Positions 30,755-40,086 of a stretch of DNA of 64,000 nucleotides are shown piece after piece. The stretch is taken from the NCBI GenBank assembly GCA_019058445.1, contig JAHPZA010000006.1, forward strand, positions 1,024,001-1,088,000, read 5' to 3'. Below the pieces are notes generated by a model. It was not told where the DNA came from, did not search any database, and saw only the letters and a program-made list of their open reading frames with translations. This DNA comes from Promethearchaeota archaeon (lineage in GTDB: Archaea; Asgardarchaeota; Lokiarchaeia; Sigyniarchaeales; SOKP01). Both the position numbers and the translations under genes were made by a program. Each line of letters opens with the position of its first letter. Within the stretch, counting starts at the first letter, position 1.

Positions 30755-30917
30755 GCTCCCGTAGCTCAGCTTGGTTAAAGCGCGGGTCTTATAAGGCCCT
30801 ATAGACATACATAGAATTTAAAGAAGATTTTCGTGTCTATACTGCATAAACGCCCGAGATCGGGGGTTCGAATGGGTTTTTTGATTTAAAGAAACCCCGA
30901 TATTCCCCCCGGGAGCA
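30755..30917 (+). tRNA. tRNA-Ile(UAU) with two introns (anticodon loop 37/38 or 38/39, about 57 nt; 59/60, 31 nt, 30873-30903)
   Basis: Acceptor GCTCCCG/CGGGAGC with A73; anticodon stem CGGGT/GCCCG; loop CT-TAT-AA with TAT at 30790-30792; T-stem GGGGG/CCCCC; intron hairpins TATAGACA/TGTCTATA and GGGTTT/AAACCC. Confidence 0.88.
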
Positions 30918-30971
30918 GTTATTATTCCTATAATTTGAATAAATATTTTTTTTTTGGTTACTTTAGTGATT

Positions 30972-31475
30972 TTATGTTTTAAGATGCTTTTTAAAAATGA
31001 CTTTGGGGTTATTTATTTTATAATAATTAAGGGTTACTGGAATTCCATCAATTTCTCCATCTCCGGGTTCAATTATGAATCCTAACCTAACATGAAATTT
31101 AATTGAATCTTTATTTATAGGAGATGTAGCTGCATGAATAACTGTACGATTGTTGAGATTACATAGATTAAAAAACTTCTTATAAAGAGAGAGGCCTAGA
31201 CCCTTTTTTCGGAAATGGGGATGAATTCCTATAAAATGAATATATGCTTCATTTGAAAAATATTGTGAAAAAAAACCAATTAAAAATCCAACAATTTCTC
31301 CACCTTTCTCTGCGATAAAAATAGTATCTCTAAAATGAATGAAAAATATTTTTAGAATTAAGCTAGTTAAATCACGGCCATTCCACCATAATGGTTGTAC
31401 TTTAATTATTTTTTCAAAATCCAATGGATTTCCATTACGAATGGTAATATCATTAAGATTTGAATCTTGATTCAT
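30972..31475 (-). CDS. GNAT family N-acetyltransferase
   Basis: AYIHFIGIHPHFRKKGLG motif A; N..SIKFH..LGF. Confidence 0.9.
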   Translation of the reverse strand: MNQDSNLNDITIRNGNPLDFEKIIKVQPLWWNGRDLTSLILKIFFIHFRDTIFIAEKGGEIVGFLIGFFSQYFSNEAYIHFIGIHPHFRKKGLGLSLYKKFFNLCNLNNRTVIHAATSPINKDSIKFHVRLGFIIEPGDGEIDGIPVTLNYYKINNPKVIFKKHLKT

Positions 31476-31564
31476 AAATTAAATAAAATACTGTGAAATT
31501 AGTAAGTTTTCATTTCGTAATTGGACGAAAATTAAAACTTTAGAATAGGATAATTGAGAGGTAT

Positions 31565-32245
31565 TTATTTTTCCAAATTCACAGAAATTAAATTCAGAAG
31601 CCATTTTTTAATTTGCATTAAATTCTTTAATAAACCGGGTTGAAAATTTTCAGGGAAGTTTTTCTCTTGTTCTAAATTCTGAGTGGTAGTCATCCATTTA
31701 TTCAATGCTAATTGGACTAAACTGGCGCCTTCTGCTTCCATGAACATTGGGACTACGGCAGCAGATTCTCTTGCGTCACCTATAGCGAAATAGATTTTTC
31801 TATTAATTCCTTTAAGCATAACTAAATTGGCACATTCATCAATTTTACGCTCTACTAAAATTGATTTTAGAATCTGAGTTTTTTGATCTTTTTCTTTCGC
31901 AGAATAAATTAATTTTCTTGTTTCAAGGGCTGGTTTAATCTCGTTTATTAATTTATCTCCGGTATTTCCCTCGGCAAAATATTTCCTTAATACAATATGA
32001 TCATCTAACGCTTCAATGGAAATAAATTTTTTAGTATTTGAATAAAGGATTGCTTTTGATCCCGCCTTATTTTCATCTTGAGATAATTTAATAAATATAT
32101 TTCTCATACTAACCGAATTATTTGTATGATAAGCTAATTCGAACATTTCTCTATGGTTTACGGGAGTATATTCCAGTGTAAATTCCGTTTTGGACCATTG
32201 GCTGATAATTGTGTTGTTATATTGGTCTAATAACCGATTTTCCAT
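31565..32245 (-). CDS. Hypothetical protein
   Basis: 226-aa ORF with normal codon usage; no family recognised. Confidence 0.7.
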   Translation of the reverse strand: MENRLLDQYNNTIISQWSKTEFTLEYTPVNHREMFELAYHTNNSVSMRNIFIKLSQDENKAGSKAILYSNTKKFISIEALDDHIVLRKYFAEGNTGDKLINEIKPALETRKLIYSAKEKDQKTQILKSILVERKIDECANLVMLKGINRKIYFAIGDARESAAVVPMFMEAEGASLVQLALNKWMTTTQNLEQEKNFPENFQPGLLKNLMQIKKWLLNLISVNLEK

Positions 32246-32436
32246 AATAAAAAACTCTTTTGAAGTGTATTTCTTTACAATATTTTAGAACAGATTTTAA
32301 AATTAAGATTGTTGTTGAATAAATTCTAATAATTATTATCTAAACAATAATATTTATACTTTTTAATTATTGTTATTTTTAATTTCATTATTGGAAAGAT
32401 GGTAATTATATTTTCATATAAAGTATTATGACATAA

Positions 32437-33792
32437 CTATAATACAACTTGCTTGTAAGCTTTTTCAAACCGTTCAACTGCAAAAGATACATCTTCTTGC
32501 TTAGCTCCAATCGCAGCATTCATCACAATATAGGGTGTTGGGTAATATTTACAACAAGTTCCAAAAATAGATTCGCCAGAACTGTAGACTCTTGGTCCTG
32601 TTACTCTTAAATTGTATAAAGCACCTCCAAGTGCGGTTAATTGCTCTTTTTTTAGGTTATCAAGAGAAACTGCTACTGCCACAGGATTAAATATTTCTAA
32701 TACTCTTTCATTAATGGTTTTTGCGGTTTCTCTTAATTTTTCTTCTAGAAGGTTACGATTAAATTGTTGCTGTTCAATTAGTTTTTGATATCCATTGATT
32801 CCTAAAGATAGCATAGAAATTAAAAAATTGACCACAGGAGTAGCAGATGCTCGACCCGCATATGCCTGACTGATTTTTGTTATCACTTCTTCCCGAGGTG
32901 AGGCAATGACTGCACCACCGACTGGTGTGAGGAAATTTTTATCAGTAGATTGAATGATTACATCAACTCTTCCCGCATCTATTGCAGATCGTATTAATTT
33001 CATCCATTCCGGGCTTTGTACTCCGTATGCATTAATTATGATATGCAGGAGTTTTTTGTCTTTGGCAAATTTGCTAATTTCTTTAATATCATCATGTTCC
33101 CGTGGAGGGAAGAAACTGGTTAAAGAGATAATTGCGAAACATTCTGAATCTAAGTTTTCCTTAATATCTTCTATGGGAATCCTTACCGCATCGCCAAATA
33201 CTTTTCCTTCAATTATTTTTGGCGTAAATCCCATTAAAGCAATAGCTTTTAAAAGCGATTTATGGTCTACTTGTGGTACTAATATTTTAGTCTTCTTAGA
33301 GCGAAATTCTGGTTTTAACGCTCCTAAAGATAAGGCTAAAGACATCCCAGTACATAAGGGGATGACTATTACCTTACTAATATTAGGCAATCCAAAGTTT
33401 TTCAGAAAATTTCGAGCTAAATAATTGGTAAGTTCATACATTATGGACCCTCCAGGTGCTTTTGGCTGGGGTGCCGTTAAAAATCCGCTTCTGCCTACTC
33501 CATGACAAAACCCCGCGCTAGTTTTAAGATGTAGTCTAGACGCAATTCGAGCTTCTCTTTCCCCAACTCTACTTGCTTGAGAATCTTTATCAGTGTCCAT
33601 GTTTGAAAGCGTTTGAAGTAAGAATTCAATTTGATCATCGCTCCAAGGTTCTTTAGGAACGTTTTTCTGTTCGAATAAAATCTTTATTGGTTTTAAGAAC
33701 TCATTCAGTACTAACTGCCCTCTTTTGAGCATATTTTCAGGAATTTGAGTTTGACTAAAATAATCTATAATTTTACTATAATCTACCAACAT
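32437..33792 (-). CDS. spcS: O-phosphoseryl-tRNA(Sec) selenium transferase (SepSecS)
   Basis: MDTDKD...RVGEREAR, GFCHGVGRSG.L..PQPKAPG, DHKS, INAYG, QSTDKNFLTPVGG (PLP Lys), YAGRAS. Confidence 0.97.
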   Translation of the reverse strand: MLVDYSKIIDYFSQTQIPENMLKRGQLVLNEFLKPIKILFEQKNVPKEPWSDDQIEFLLQTLSNMDTDKDSQASRVGEREARIASRLHLKTSAGFCHGVGRSGFLTAPQPKAPGGSIMYELTNYLARNFLKNFGLPNISKVIVIPLCTGMSLALSLGALKPEFRSKKTKILVPQVDHKSLLKAIALMGFTPKIIEGKVFGDAVRIPIEDIKENLDSECFAIISLTSFFPPREHDDIKEISKFAKDKKLLHIIINAYGVQSPEWMKLIRSAIDAGRVDVIIQSTDKNFLTPVGGAVIASPREEVITKISQAYAGRASATPVVNFLISMLSLGINGYQKLIEQQQFNRNLLEEKLRETAKTINERVLEIFNPVAVAVSLDNLKKEQLTALGGALYNLRVTGPRVYSSGESIFGTCCKYYPTPYIVMNAAIGAKQEDVSFAVERFEKAYKQVVL

Positions 33793-33945
33793 ATATCACG
33801 ATATTTAGCGAGTAGTATTCGATAATCTTATTTTATATCAAATACAAATTATAAAGTCTTTATTTTAAATAATTCTTTTACTATTTTTTTAAAAAAATCA
33901 ATTTATATTTTAAATTACCATTGGGAATTAAATATGACAATGCGG

Positions 33946-35658
33946 CTATAGATGTCGTTTTAGCATTGCTCCCTCGTGAAATTGGGTGGCATTTTGATGC
34001 CACGCCACAAGCACACCTTCTTTTATTCTTGGTTTAGGAGGTACAAACTCTTTAAGTCTTTGCGCTATTTCAGATTCATCTAATTTTACATCCACTCTTT
34101 TATTTTTCAAACTTATGGTGATGCTATCCCCATCCTTTACAGCAGCCAATGGACCTCCTACGTACGCTTCAGGAGAGACGTATCCTACATAAAGAGCACC
34201 TTCTGTTGCTCCAGAGAATCTACTGTCTGCTACAACTGCGACATCATTTAGTCCTAAAGCATCAAGCAATAAGACAATTTTAAAGTTTTCAGAAAATCCT
34301 GGACCACCTCTTGGTCCTTGATATCGAATAACCATAACATCTCCGGATTGAACTTTTCCTTGTAAAATCCCCATTAAAGCATTTATTTGAGTATCGAAGC
34401 ATTTGGCAGAACCAGTAAATTCTGCTAATTTGGATCCAACTACAGTATGTCGGAGTAAGCTTCCCTTAGGGGCGAGATTTCCTTTTAATACTACAATGCC
34501 GCCAGTCGGAAATATGGGATCTTCTAAGGATCTGATAATTTGAGAATCTTTAACTTGAACATTATGTAAATTGTCTGATAACTCTACTCCTTTCACGGTA
34601 AGACAATTTAGATTTAGAACTGGTTTAAGTCTTGCCATCAGACTCATAACTCCTCCGGCGTGATGAAAATCCACCATGGAATAAGGTCCACTAGGGCGTA
34701 ATGGACTTATGTAGGGAGTAGTTTCGCTTATTTGTTGAATAGTATCTACAGTGAAATCAATATTCATGCTCTTCGCAAGTGAAAGCAAGTGTAAAATACC
34801 GTTTGTAGAGCCAGAAACTGCCATGATACATCGGAATGCATTAGAAATTGATTGTTTAGTCATAAGTTTCTTCAACTTCAATTTTGACTTTACCATATCC
34901 ATAATAACATGACCAGTCTCTCTTGATTGGCGAATTTTCTCCATATCATTTCCCGGAGTAGTCGAAACACCAGGGAGGCATAGACCCATGGCTTCTGTGG
35001 CTATCATGGTTGTATTTGCTGTAGTAAGTTCTGGACATGCCCCACAACCTGTAATCCAACATGATTCCATGTTATTGATTTCTTCAAAGAATTCCTCCTC
35101 TTTTAATTCGCCAGAAAGTACCATATTGAGCCCTTTTATGATTATGTTAGTAGGAAACACAATTTCAGCGTCGCGCCATTTTCCTGGAGTTGCAGGACCT
35201 CCTAAAAGGAAGATCGTGGGCAAATTTAGTCTTGCGGCACCTAACCACATACCAGGCACAATTTTATCGCATGTACCAATACAAACGAGACCGTCAGCTC
35301 TGTAATTCATCATCTGAATTTCAATTGAATCTGCGATTGCCTCTCTCTGCGGTAAATCATAGAGAAGGGTAATATCATCCGTAGCTGGGCTTTTTGCATA
35401 CCCCGCACAAGGACCAATAACATTAAATTCAATAGGCGTACCGCCTGCCGCATACACACCTTCTTTTACATGTCTCGCAAGCTCTCGCAAATGAACATGA
35501 CCAACACCAGCATCTTGCATAGAATTAGCGATTGCAATTATTGGTTTTTCAAGATCCTTATCTATATATCCAGACGCTTTCCAATAAAATCTATGAGCTT
35601 CGATCTTATTTAATATCTTTTGAGCTTTTGAAATCTGTTCAGATGTAAGTTTAACCAT
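33946..35658 (-). CDS. ilvD: Dihydroxy-acid dehydratase (IlvD/Edd family)
   Basis: KPIIAIANS, CDKIVPG, GCGAC...TANT, GSTN..LHL, LKGNLAP, RYQGPRGGPG, SRFSGA, VSPEA motifs. Confidence 0.88.
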   Translation of the reverse strand: MVKLTSEQISKAQKILNKIEAHRFYWKASGYIDKDLEKPIIAIANSMQDAGVGHVHLRELARHVKEGVYAAGGTPIEFNVIGPCAGYAKSPATDDITLLYDLPQREAIADSIEIQMMNYRADGLVCIGTCDKIVPGMWLGAARLNLPTIFLLGGPATPGKWRDAEIVFPTNIIIKGLNMVLSGELKEEEFFEEINNMESCWITGCGACPELTTANTTMIATEAMGLCLPGVSTTPGNDMEKIRQSRETGHVIMDMVKSKLKLKKLMTKQSISNAFRCIMAVSGSTNGILHLLSLAKSMNIDFTVDTIQQISETTPYISPLRPSGPYSMVDFHHAGGVMSLMARLKPVLNLNCLTVKGVELSDNLHNVQVKDSQIIRSLEDPIFPTGGIVVLKGNLAPKGSLLRHTVVGSKLAEFTGSAKCFDTQINALMGILQGKVQSGDVMVIRYQGPRGGPGFSENFKIVLLLDALGLNDVAVVADSRFSGATEGALYVGYVSPEAYVGGPLAAVKDGDSITISLKNKRVDVKLDESEIAQRLKEFVPPKPRIKEGVLVAWHQNATQFHEGAMLKRHL

Positions 35659-35759
35659 GATAACATCTTAATCGTATTACTTTAAAAAATTATCGATAAT
35701 GTATCTTATCTTGATTATAAGCTCAAAAATTTCAGATAATCTCTTGAAGGATGAGAAAA

Positions 35760-35917
35760 TGGCGGCCCTCGAGGAGATTTTCAAAATGTAGGGTATTTCC
35801 CAACGATTATCGAACTCCTATCCCTCCGCAGGATAACTGGGTTTGAAGCCCAGCGTCAGAGACCACTTATCGTTGGAGATCGAACCGATCTCAATACAAT
35901 TCCGACCGTCAAGGGCC
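35760..35917 (-). tRNA. selC: tRNA-Sec(UCA), 9/4 fold, CCA encoded, with two introns (D-stem, 34 nt, 35867-35900; 59/60, 31 nt, 35778-35808)
   Basis: 9-bp acceptor GGCCCTTGA/TCGAGGGCC with G73 and CCA; after splicing a 7-bp D-stem GTCGGAG/CTCTGAC with TGGT loop; 6-bp anticodon stem and CT-TCA-AA loop (35844-35846); long variable arm; 4-bp T-stem. Confidence 0.95.
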
Positions 35918-36037
35918 ATATTAAATAATAAAATTTAGTGTGTTAAAAGAAATTTATGGTTTATTATTCAAATTATACTATTTTATAATCTTCAGTTTCT
36001 TCAGGTTTTTTGCCTAAAATTAGCAGCAGGACTTCTG

Positions 36038-36251
36038 AAGAGTATTAAAAATCATACTGATTGTTGATATTGTCGTCGCGATTTACTATGGCATGCTATA
36101 TCTGCTGATGCCGGAGCTCTATTATCAAATGAATGATGTTCCTGCGTTTGATCTTCATATGTGGCGGCTTTTCACCATAGGGATTTTTATAGTGATTATT
36201 ATAGAAAATGATAAGTTTTTATCAATAATTGTAAGGTTAAAATATCTTTAA
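36038..36251 (+). pseudogene. Start-less fragment of a membrane-protein gene
   Basis: Reading RVLKIILIVDIVVAIYYGMLYLLMPELYYQMNDVPAFDLHMWRLFTIGIFIVIII... is preceded by an in-frame TGA; boundaries approximate. Confidence 0.35.
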
Positions 36252-36267
36252 ATCTTAAATTTAGTGT

Positions 36268-36723
36268 ATGGAAGAAACCAAAAATTTCACTAAAAAATCA
36301 CAGGAATTACAATATATAATCCTTTCTTTTATCTTTTGGGTAATTGTTGAATATATTACTGTATGGCATGCTAGATTAGCTGAATGGATCTCTTATATGC
36401 CATTTATTCTATTTTTATATTTGGGTATAATTCTAATATTTTACATTTTTATTAAAAAAGATTGGAGCGAAAAAAGACTTTTTATTGTTATGTTGATTGT
36501 AATGTATGTTTTTGAGATTTTTATTTGGTTTAATCCTCTTCTTTTTAATCTTTTTCTTTTTATACCAGGTTCGCTTCTTTTAATTAGTATTTGGGGTTGT
36601 TTAACTTTCATTCCATTATGGATTGTTAATAGAACTTTAAAAGAACATAAATGGCAGGTCATATGTTATTTGTTTTGGATTCTAGTCGCTCTCATAATGA
36701 TAATATTGGTATTGAGTTCTTAA
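36268..36723 (+). CDS. Hypothetical membrane protein (about 5 TM helices)
   Basis: Strongly hydrophobic ORF with ATG start. Confidence 0.7.
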   Translation: MEETKNFTKKSQELQYIILSFIFWVIVEYITVWHARLAEWISYMPFILFLYLGIILIFYIFIKKDWSEKRLFIVMLIVMYVFEIFIWFNPLLFNLFLFIPGSLLLISIWGCLTFIPLWIVNRTLKEHKWQVICYLFWILVALIMIILVLSS

Positions 36724-36790
36724 CAATTTATCGACAATGACAAATTTTTACTAACTATTGAAAAAAGAAATATATGGTTTATTATTAAAA

Positions 36791-36940
36791 TTAAACTACT
36801 TTATAATCTTCACTATCTTCTGGTTTTTTGCCTTTCTGTGGAAAGATTCGATGCCTTAATTTTTTCCTTTTCTTTAACACTACACCGTATTCAACACTTT
36901 CATTTTCTTTAGATTCCTTTCTCTTTCTCGTGGGGCTCAT
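36791..36940 (-). CDS. Small basic hypothetical protein (49 aa, not in ORF track)
   Basis: MSPTRKRKESKENESVEYGVVLKKRKKLRHRIFPQKGKKPEDSEDYKVV*; co-oriented with the upstream Nudix genes. Confidence 0.5.
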   Translation of the reverse strand: MSPTRKRKESKENESVEYGVVLKKRKKLRHRIFPQKGKKPEDSEDYKVV

Positions 36941-37026
36941 TTGTACTTTTCATCCTTTTTTGATAATTATTTATTATTATACGAGTTTGAATTCAAGGGA
37001 TATTCAATTTTTTTTTTTGAATCAAT

Positions 37027-37707
37027 TTATTGAACAATTTTATCTCTAATGTCATTACATTTAATTCTTCTACATCCGGGCGTCATTAATCCAGCTTTAT
37101 AGACAGAATCGATAAAATTCACTATTATATGGGATGTCGCTCCAAAAATTACGTATTTTTTCTCATTAGGTGCCCGATAATTAAATTTGCCAACACTTAT
37201 TAAATCTTTTTTAATATAATAAGTCCTTTCTCGGTAATTTTTTTTATTTGCAAAAAATGTTATAGGGATTTTTATTATTTCTTTTACTTCTTCATCTTGT
37301 TTGAGCATTGTTTGATTTTGATCAACAACATAGCAAACGACGGGAGTTATGATGAATCCTTTTGGCGTTAAATGATCATCAAGGCAGCCTAATAAATTGA
37401 TTTTCTTTCTTGGAATACCAAGTTCTTCTTCTGTTTCTCTAAATGCAGTATCAATATATGTGTTATCAAATTCAGGATCAACTTTTCCTCCGGGAAAAGA
37501 CATTTCACCAGCATGTTTATCATGTTCTCTCTTTGTTCGTCTAATTAAAACCAGATCATAAGGTTTATCTTTATAGGGGATAATTAAAAAGGCTATAGCT
37601 GAATTTACAAAAGGTTCCTCTCCCATAGTAAGCCTATCTGGAGAATTAAGAGCTTTTAATTTACTTTTTATTAAATATTCATCAAATTTAAAGTTCGAAG
37701 TGTCCAT
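37027..37707 (-). CDS. Nudix CoA pyrophosphatase (NudL/PCD1-like)
   Basis: HAGEMSFPGGKVD..DTAFRETEEELGI Nudix box; IFGATSHI. Confidence 0.9.
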   Translation of the reverse strand: MDTSNFKFDEYLIKSKLKALNSPDRLTMGEEPFVNSAIAFLIIPYKDKPYDLVLIRRTKREHDKHAGEMSFPGGKVDPEFDNTYIDTAFRETEEELGIPRKKINLLGCLDDHLTPKGFIITPVVCYVVDQNQTMLKQDEEVKEIIKIPITFFANKKNYRERTYYIKKDLISVGKFNYRAPNEKKYVIFGATSHIIVNFIDSVYKAGLMTPGCRRIKCNDIRDKIVQ

Positions 37708-37714
37708 TTTTTTG

Positions 37715-38425
37715 TTATTTTAATTTATCAGTAATTTGATCTCTATATTTTAAAAAATCTTTCAATTCTTTAATCTCATCTGGATTAAATCTTCTTATTC
37801 CAAGCTTAGACAATTTTAAACCGTACACCAGCTCAATAAAGCTTACAATCAAGTACGCAGTAGCCCCCCAGATCGTATAGGTTTTATTAGAGATTTTATC
37901 CTTATAATTAAAATAAAATACCGGCAGTTTCTTTCCTGCTATATCGAATGTTTGCTCTCTGAACTTCTTTTTATTTATAAAAAAGTCAATGGGCACTTTT
38001 ACAATTGCTTGAACCTCTCTTTGATCTCTTATCATGTCCTGATCTTCTTTAATAATACCGATAAAGGGAGTAATAATGTATTGGCTCATGGTAGGAAAAT
38101 CATGAAGGCACCCCAAAATTTTCACGTTCTCTCTGGGAACCCCAATCTCTTCTTCAGTTTCTCTTAGTGCGGTATCCATTAAGGATTTATCTTTAGGATC
38201 TATTTTTCCTCCTGGAAATGACATCTCACCACGATGTTTTACACCTTTATTAGTTCGATGAATAACAACTAACTCATAGGGTTTATTTTTATAGGGAATT
38301 ATAGTGAATAACACTGCTGAAGGTGTAAAAAACTCATCTTCAATAATAATTCTTTCTGAAGAATCATACGTATAGAGTTTTTTAATGATTAAATCTTCGT
38401 TGAATATTAAGTCTAAATTGTCCAT
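37715..38425 (-). CDS. Nudix CoA pyrophosphatase (NudL/PCD1-like), tandem paralog
   Basis: HRGEMSFPGGKID..DTALRETEEEIGV; IWGATAYL. Confidence 0.9.
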   Translation of the reverse strand: MDNLDLIFNEDLIIKKLYTYDSSERIIIEDEFFTPSAVLFTIIPYKNKPYELVVIHRTNKGVKHRGEMSFPGGKIDPKDKSLMDTALRETEEEIGVPRENVKILGCLHDFPTMSQYIITPFIGIIKEDQDMIRDQREVQAIVKVPIDFFINKKKFREQTFDIAGKKLPVFYFNYKDKISNKTYTIWGATAYLIVSFIELVYGLKLSKLGIRRFNPDEIKELKDFLKYRDQITDKLK

Positions 38426-38510
38426 TAGCTTTAGAAAAAATTTTAAGATATAAACAATTTTAAAATCACAAATATTCTATTTGTAATAAAATTTTTAGTT
38501 AATTTAGAAA

Positions 38511-38813
38511 ATGAAACTCCCGAAAGAACTTAGAGAGAAAAGAGATTTAAGCGGAACAGCAAGCAAAGCAAAACTTTGTTCTGTAAAAGAATGTGGAAAA
38601 ACCGCTATTCGGTCTCTTAGTGAAAATAAATGGTCGCAGTATGTCGAAAAAGCGAAGTTGAAAGTTGATGAAAATAAAAAACATAAAATATACCTCTGTA
38701 AAGCTCACTATAAAGATGTCAACAAATTAAGAAAATCTGAAGAAAAACTCTATCAGCAAAAGGGATTTCTTGATAATTCTCTTGCCGGCAAAAAAGGAAA
38801 GTGGGATTATTAA
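38511..38813 (+). CDS. Small archaeal zinc-binding hypothetical protein
   Basis: CSVKEC...AIRSLS...YLCKAHYK (C-x4-C...C-x2-H). Confidence 0.75.
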   Translation: MKLPKELREKRDLSGTASKAKLCSVKECGKTAIRSLSENKWSQYVEKAKLKVDENKKHKIYLCKAHYKDVNKLRKSEEKLYQQKGFLDNSLAGKKGKWDY

Positions 38814-39026
38814 TTACTAATTGCTTTTATATTCAAAATTAGATATAGGCTGATTTTTAGTCTATTTGTGCCATTTCTTCATAAAAAGGTTCAAATAGAT
38901 AAATTTGCCCCTCAATTATTCCTATTGTTAATAAACTTAAAGCAACTATGAGAATCATAACAGCTATTAATTTTTTTCTCATCGTTATCAAATTGTAAAA
39001 TTATAGAATACAAATAAAATTATTCT

Positions 39027-39902
39027 TTATTTTTTCTTCTTTTTTGTTAAGTTTTCTAGAGTCTTTATTTTACTTTCTAATTTATTAAGTTTTAGTTCAA
39101 AATCACTGTCTTTTTCCTTATATTCTTCTTCAGTAATTTCTTTTGAAGAGAACCTGGCTTTATTAAATTTTCTTTCAGTATTCATCTCAACTTTTTCCTC
39201 TATTAAATCATCAATCCATAATTGTATGCCAGCGATTAGTTCTGCTTTTTCCTCTATGAAAGTTTCAAGTTGGTTTTTATATTTCTCTTTTAACTTTTTT
39301 ACAACTTCCTTATCTTTGATTTTTTTTAATTTATGCTCCCTCATCAAATTTTTCAATTGGTCTCGCTTTGTGTCAATATCGTAATCTAATTTTTCTACGA
39401 TAAATTTATCAGTCATTTTATCTTTCACAGCATCACCTTGTTGCTTTAAATCATCCATAACACTTTTGACCGCCTTTAATTGAACATCAATTTTTTCGCC
39501 GAACTCAAAATCCGTTTCGTATCTTGAACTTTTTAATTGCTTTTGTAAATCATTCAATTTATCAGCTAAAGTTACTTTTTTTAAACGTATATCATTAAGT
39601 TCCAAATAATATTCTATTTGTTGTTTCACCTCATCTGGGAGCGGCTTAGCTTCTACAACCTTATCCTCTTCTACTTCTAATTCATCATCTTCGATTGGTT
39701 CTGGTTCTATTTTTTCCTCTTTTAGTTTCTCTTTTTTATTTTTCTTAGGTTCGGATTTTGCTTCAGGTTGCATTTCAATACTTGGTTGTTCGACCTTTTT
39801 TTCGGTTTTTGGGAGGCTAGAAAGTCGCGGTTTTCCACAGTGTATACAAAATTTATCCGACTCTTTTACAGGTTTACCACAATACACACAAAATTTAGTC
39901 AT
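39027..39902 (-). CDS. Zinc-ribbon plus CdvA-like coiled-coil protein
   Basis: N-terminal FCVYCG...FCIHCG, charged linker, long coiled coil ending ARF..KEITEEEY. Confidence 0.7.
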   Translation of the reverse strand: MTKFCVYCGKPVKESDKFCIHCGKPRLSSLPKTEKKVEQPSIEMQPEAKSEPKKNKKEKLKEEKIEPEPIEDDELEVEEDKVVEAKPLPDEVKQQIEYYLELNDIRLKKVTLADKLNDLQKQLKSSRYETDFEFGEKIDVQLKAVKSVMDDLKQQGDAVKDKMTDKFIVEKLDYDIDTKRDQLKNLMREHKLKKIKDKEVVKKLKEKYKNQLETFIEEKAELIAGIQLWIDDLIEEKVEMNTERKFNKARFSSKEITEEEYKEKDSDFELKLNKLESKIKTLENLTKKKKK

Positions 39903-40086
39903 AATAATTCACATTCAGTATTTTTTCAGTTTTTAGTTATATTATGATCAAAATAATAATAAATTATATTAAATTTACTGGAGTTCAGTTTTTGATATTG
40001 ATTTTTCTTGAGTTAAAATTTTTAATTTTGAAATAATATCTTAACACAATTTAATTTGATTGCAAGTTTTTTCAAGATTTTAAATC

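Noticed and set aside
30841-30856. CAT-AA near the 3' end of the tRNA-Ile intron as an alternative CAU anticodon
   Set aside because: Using it leaves two extra bases (AC) before GCCCG and breaks the anticodon stem-loop; CATAA is better explained as the BHB partner of TTAT
36828-37049. Plus-strand 73-aa Phe-rich ORF in the ORF track
   Set aside because: Antisense to an A-rich minus-strand ORF and overlaps a Nudix gene end; composition artefact
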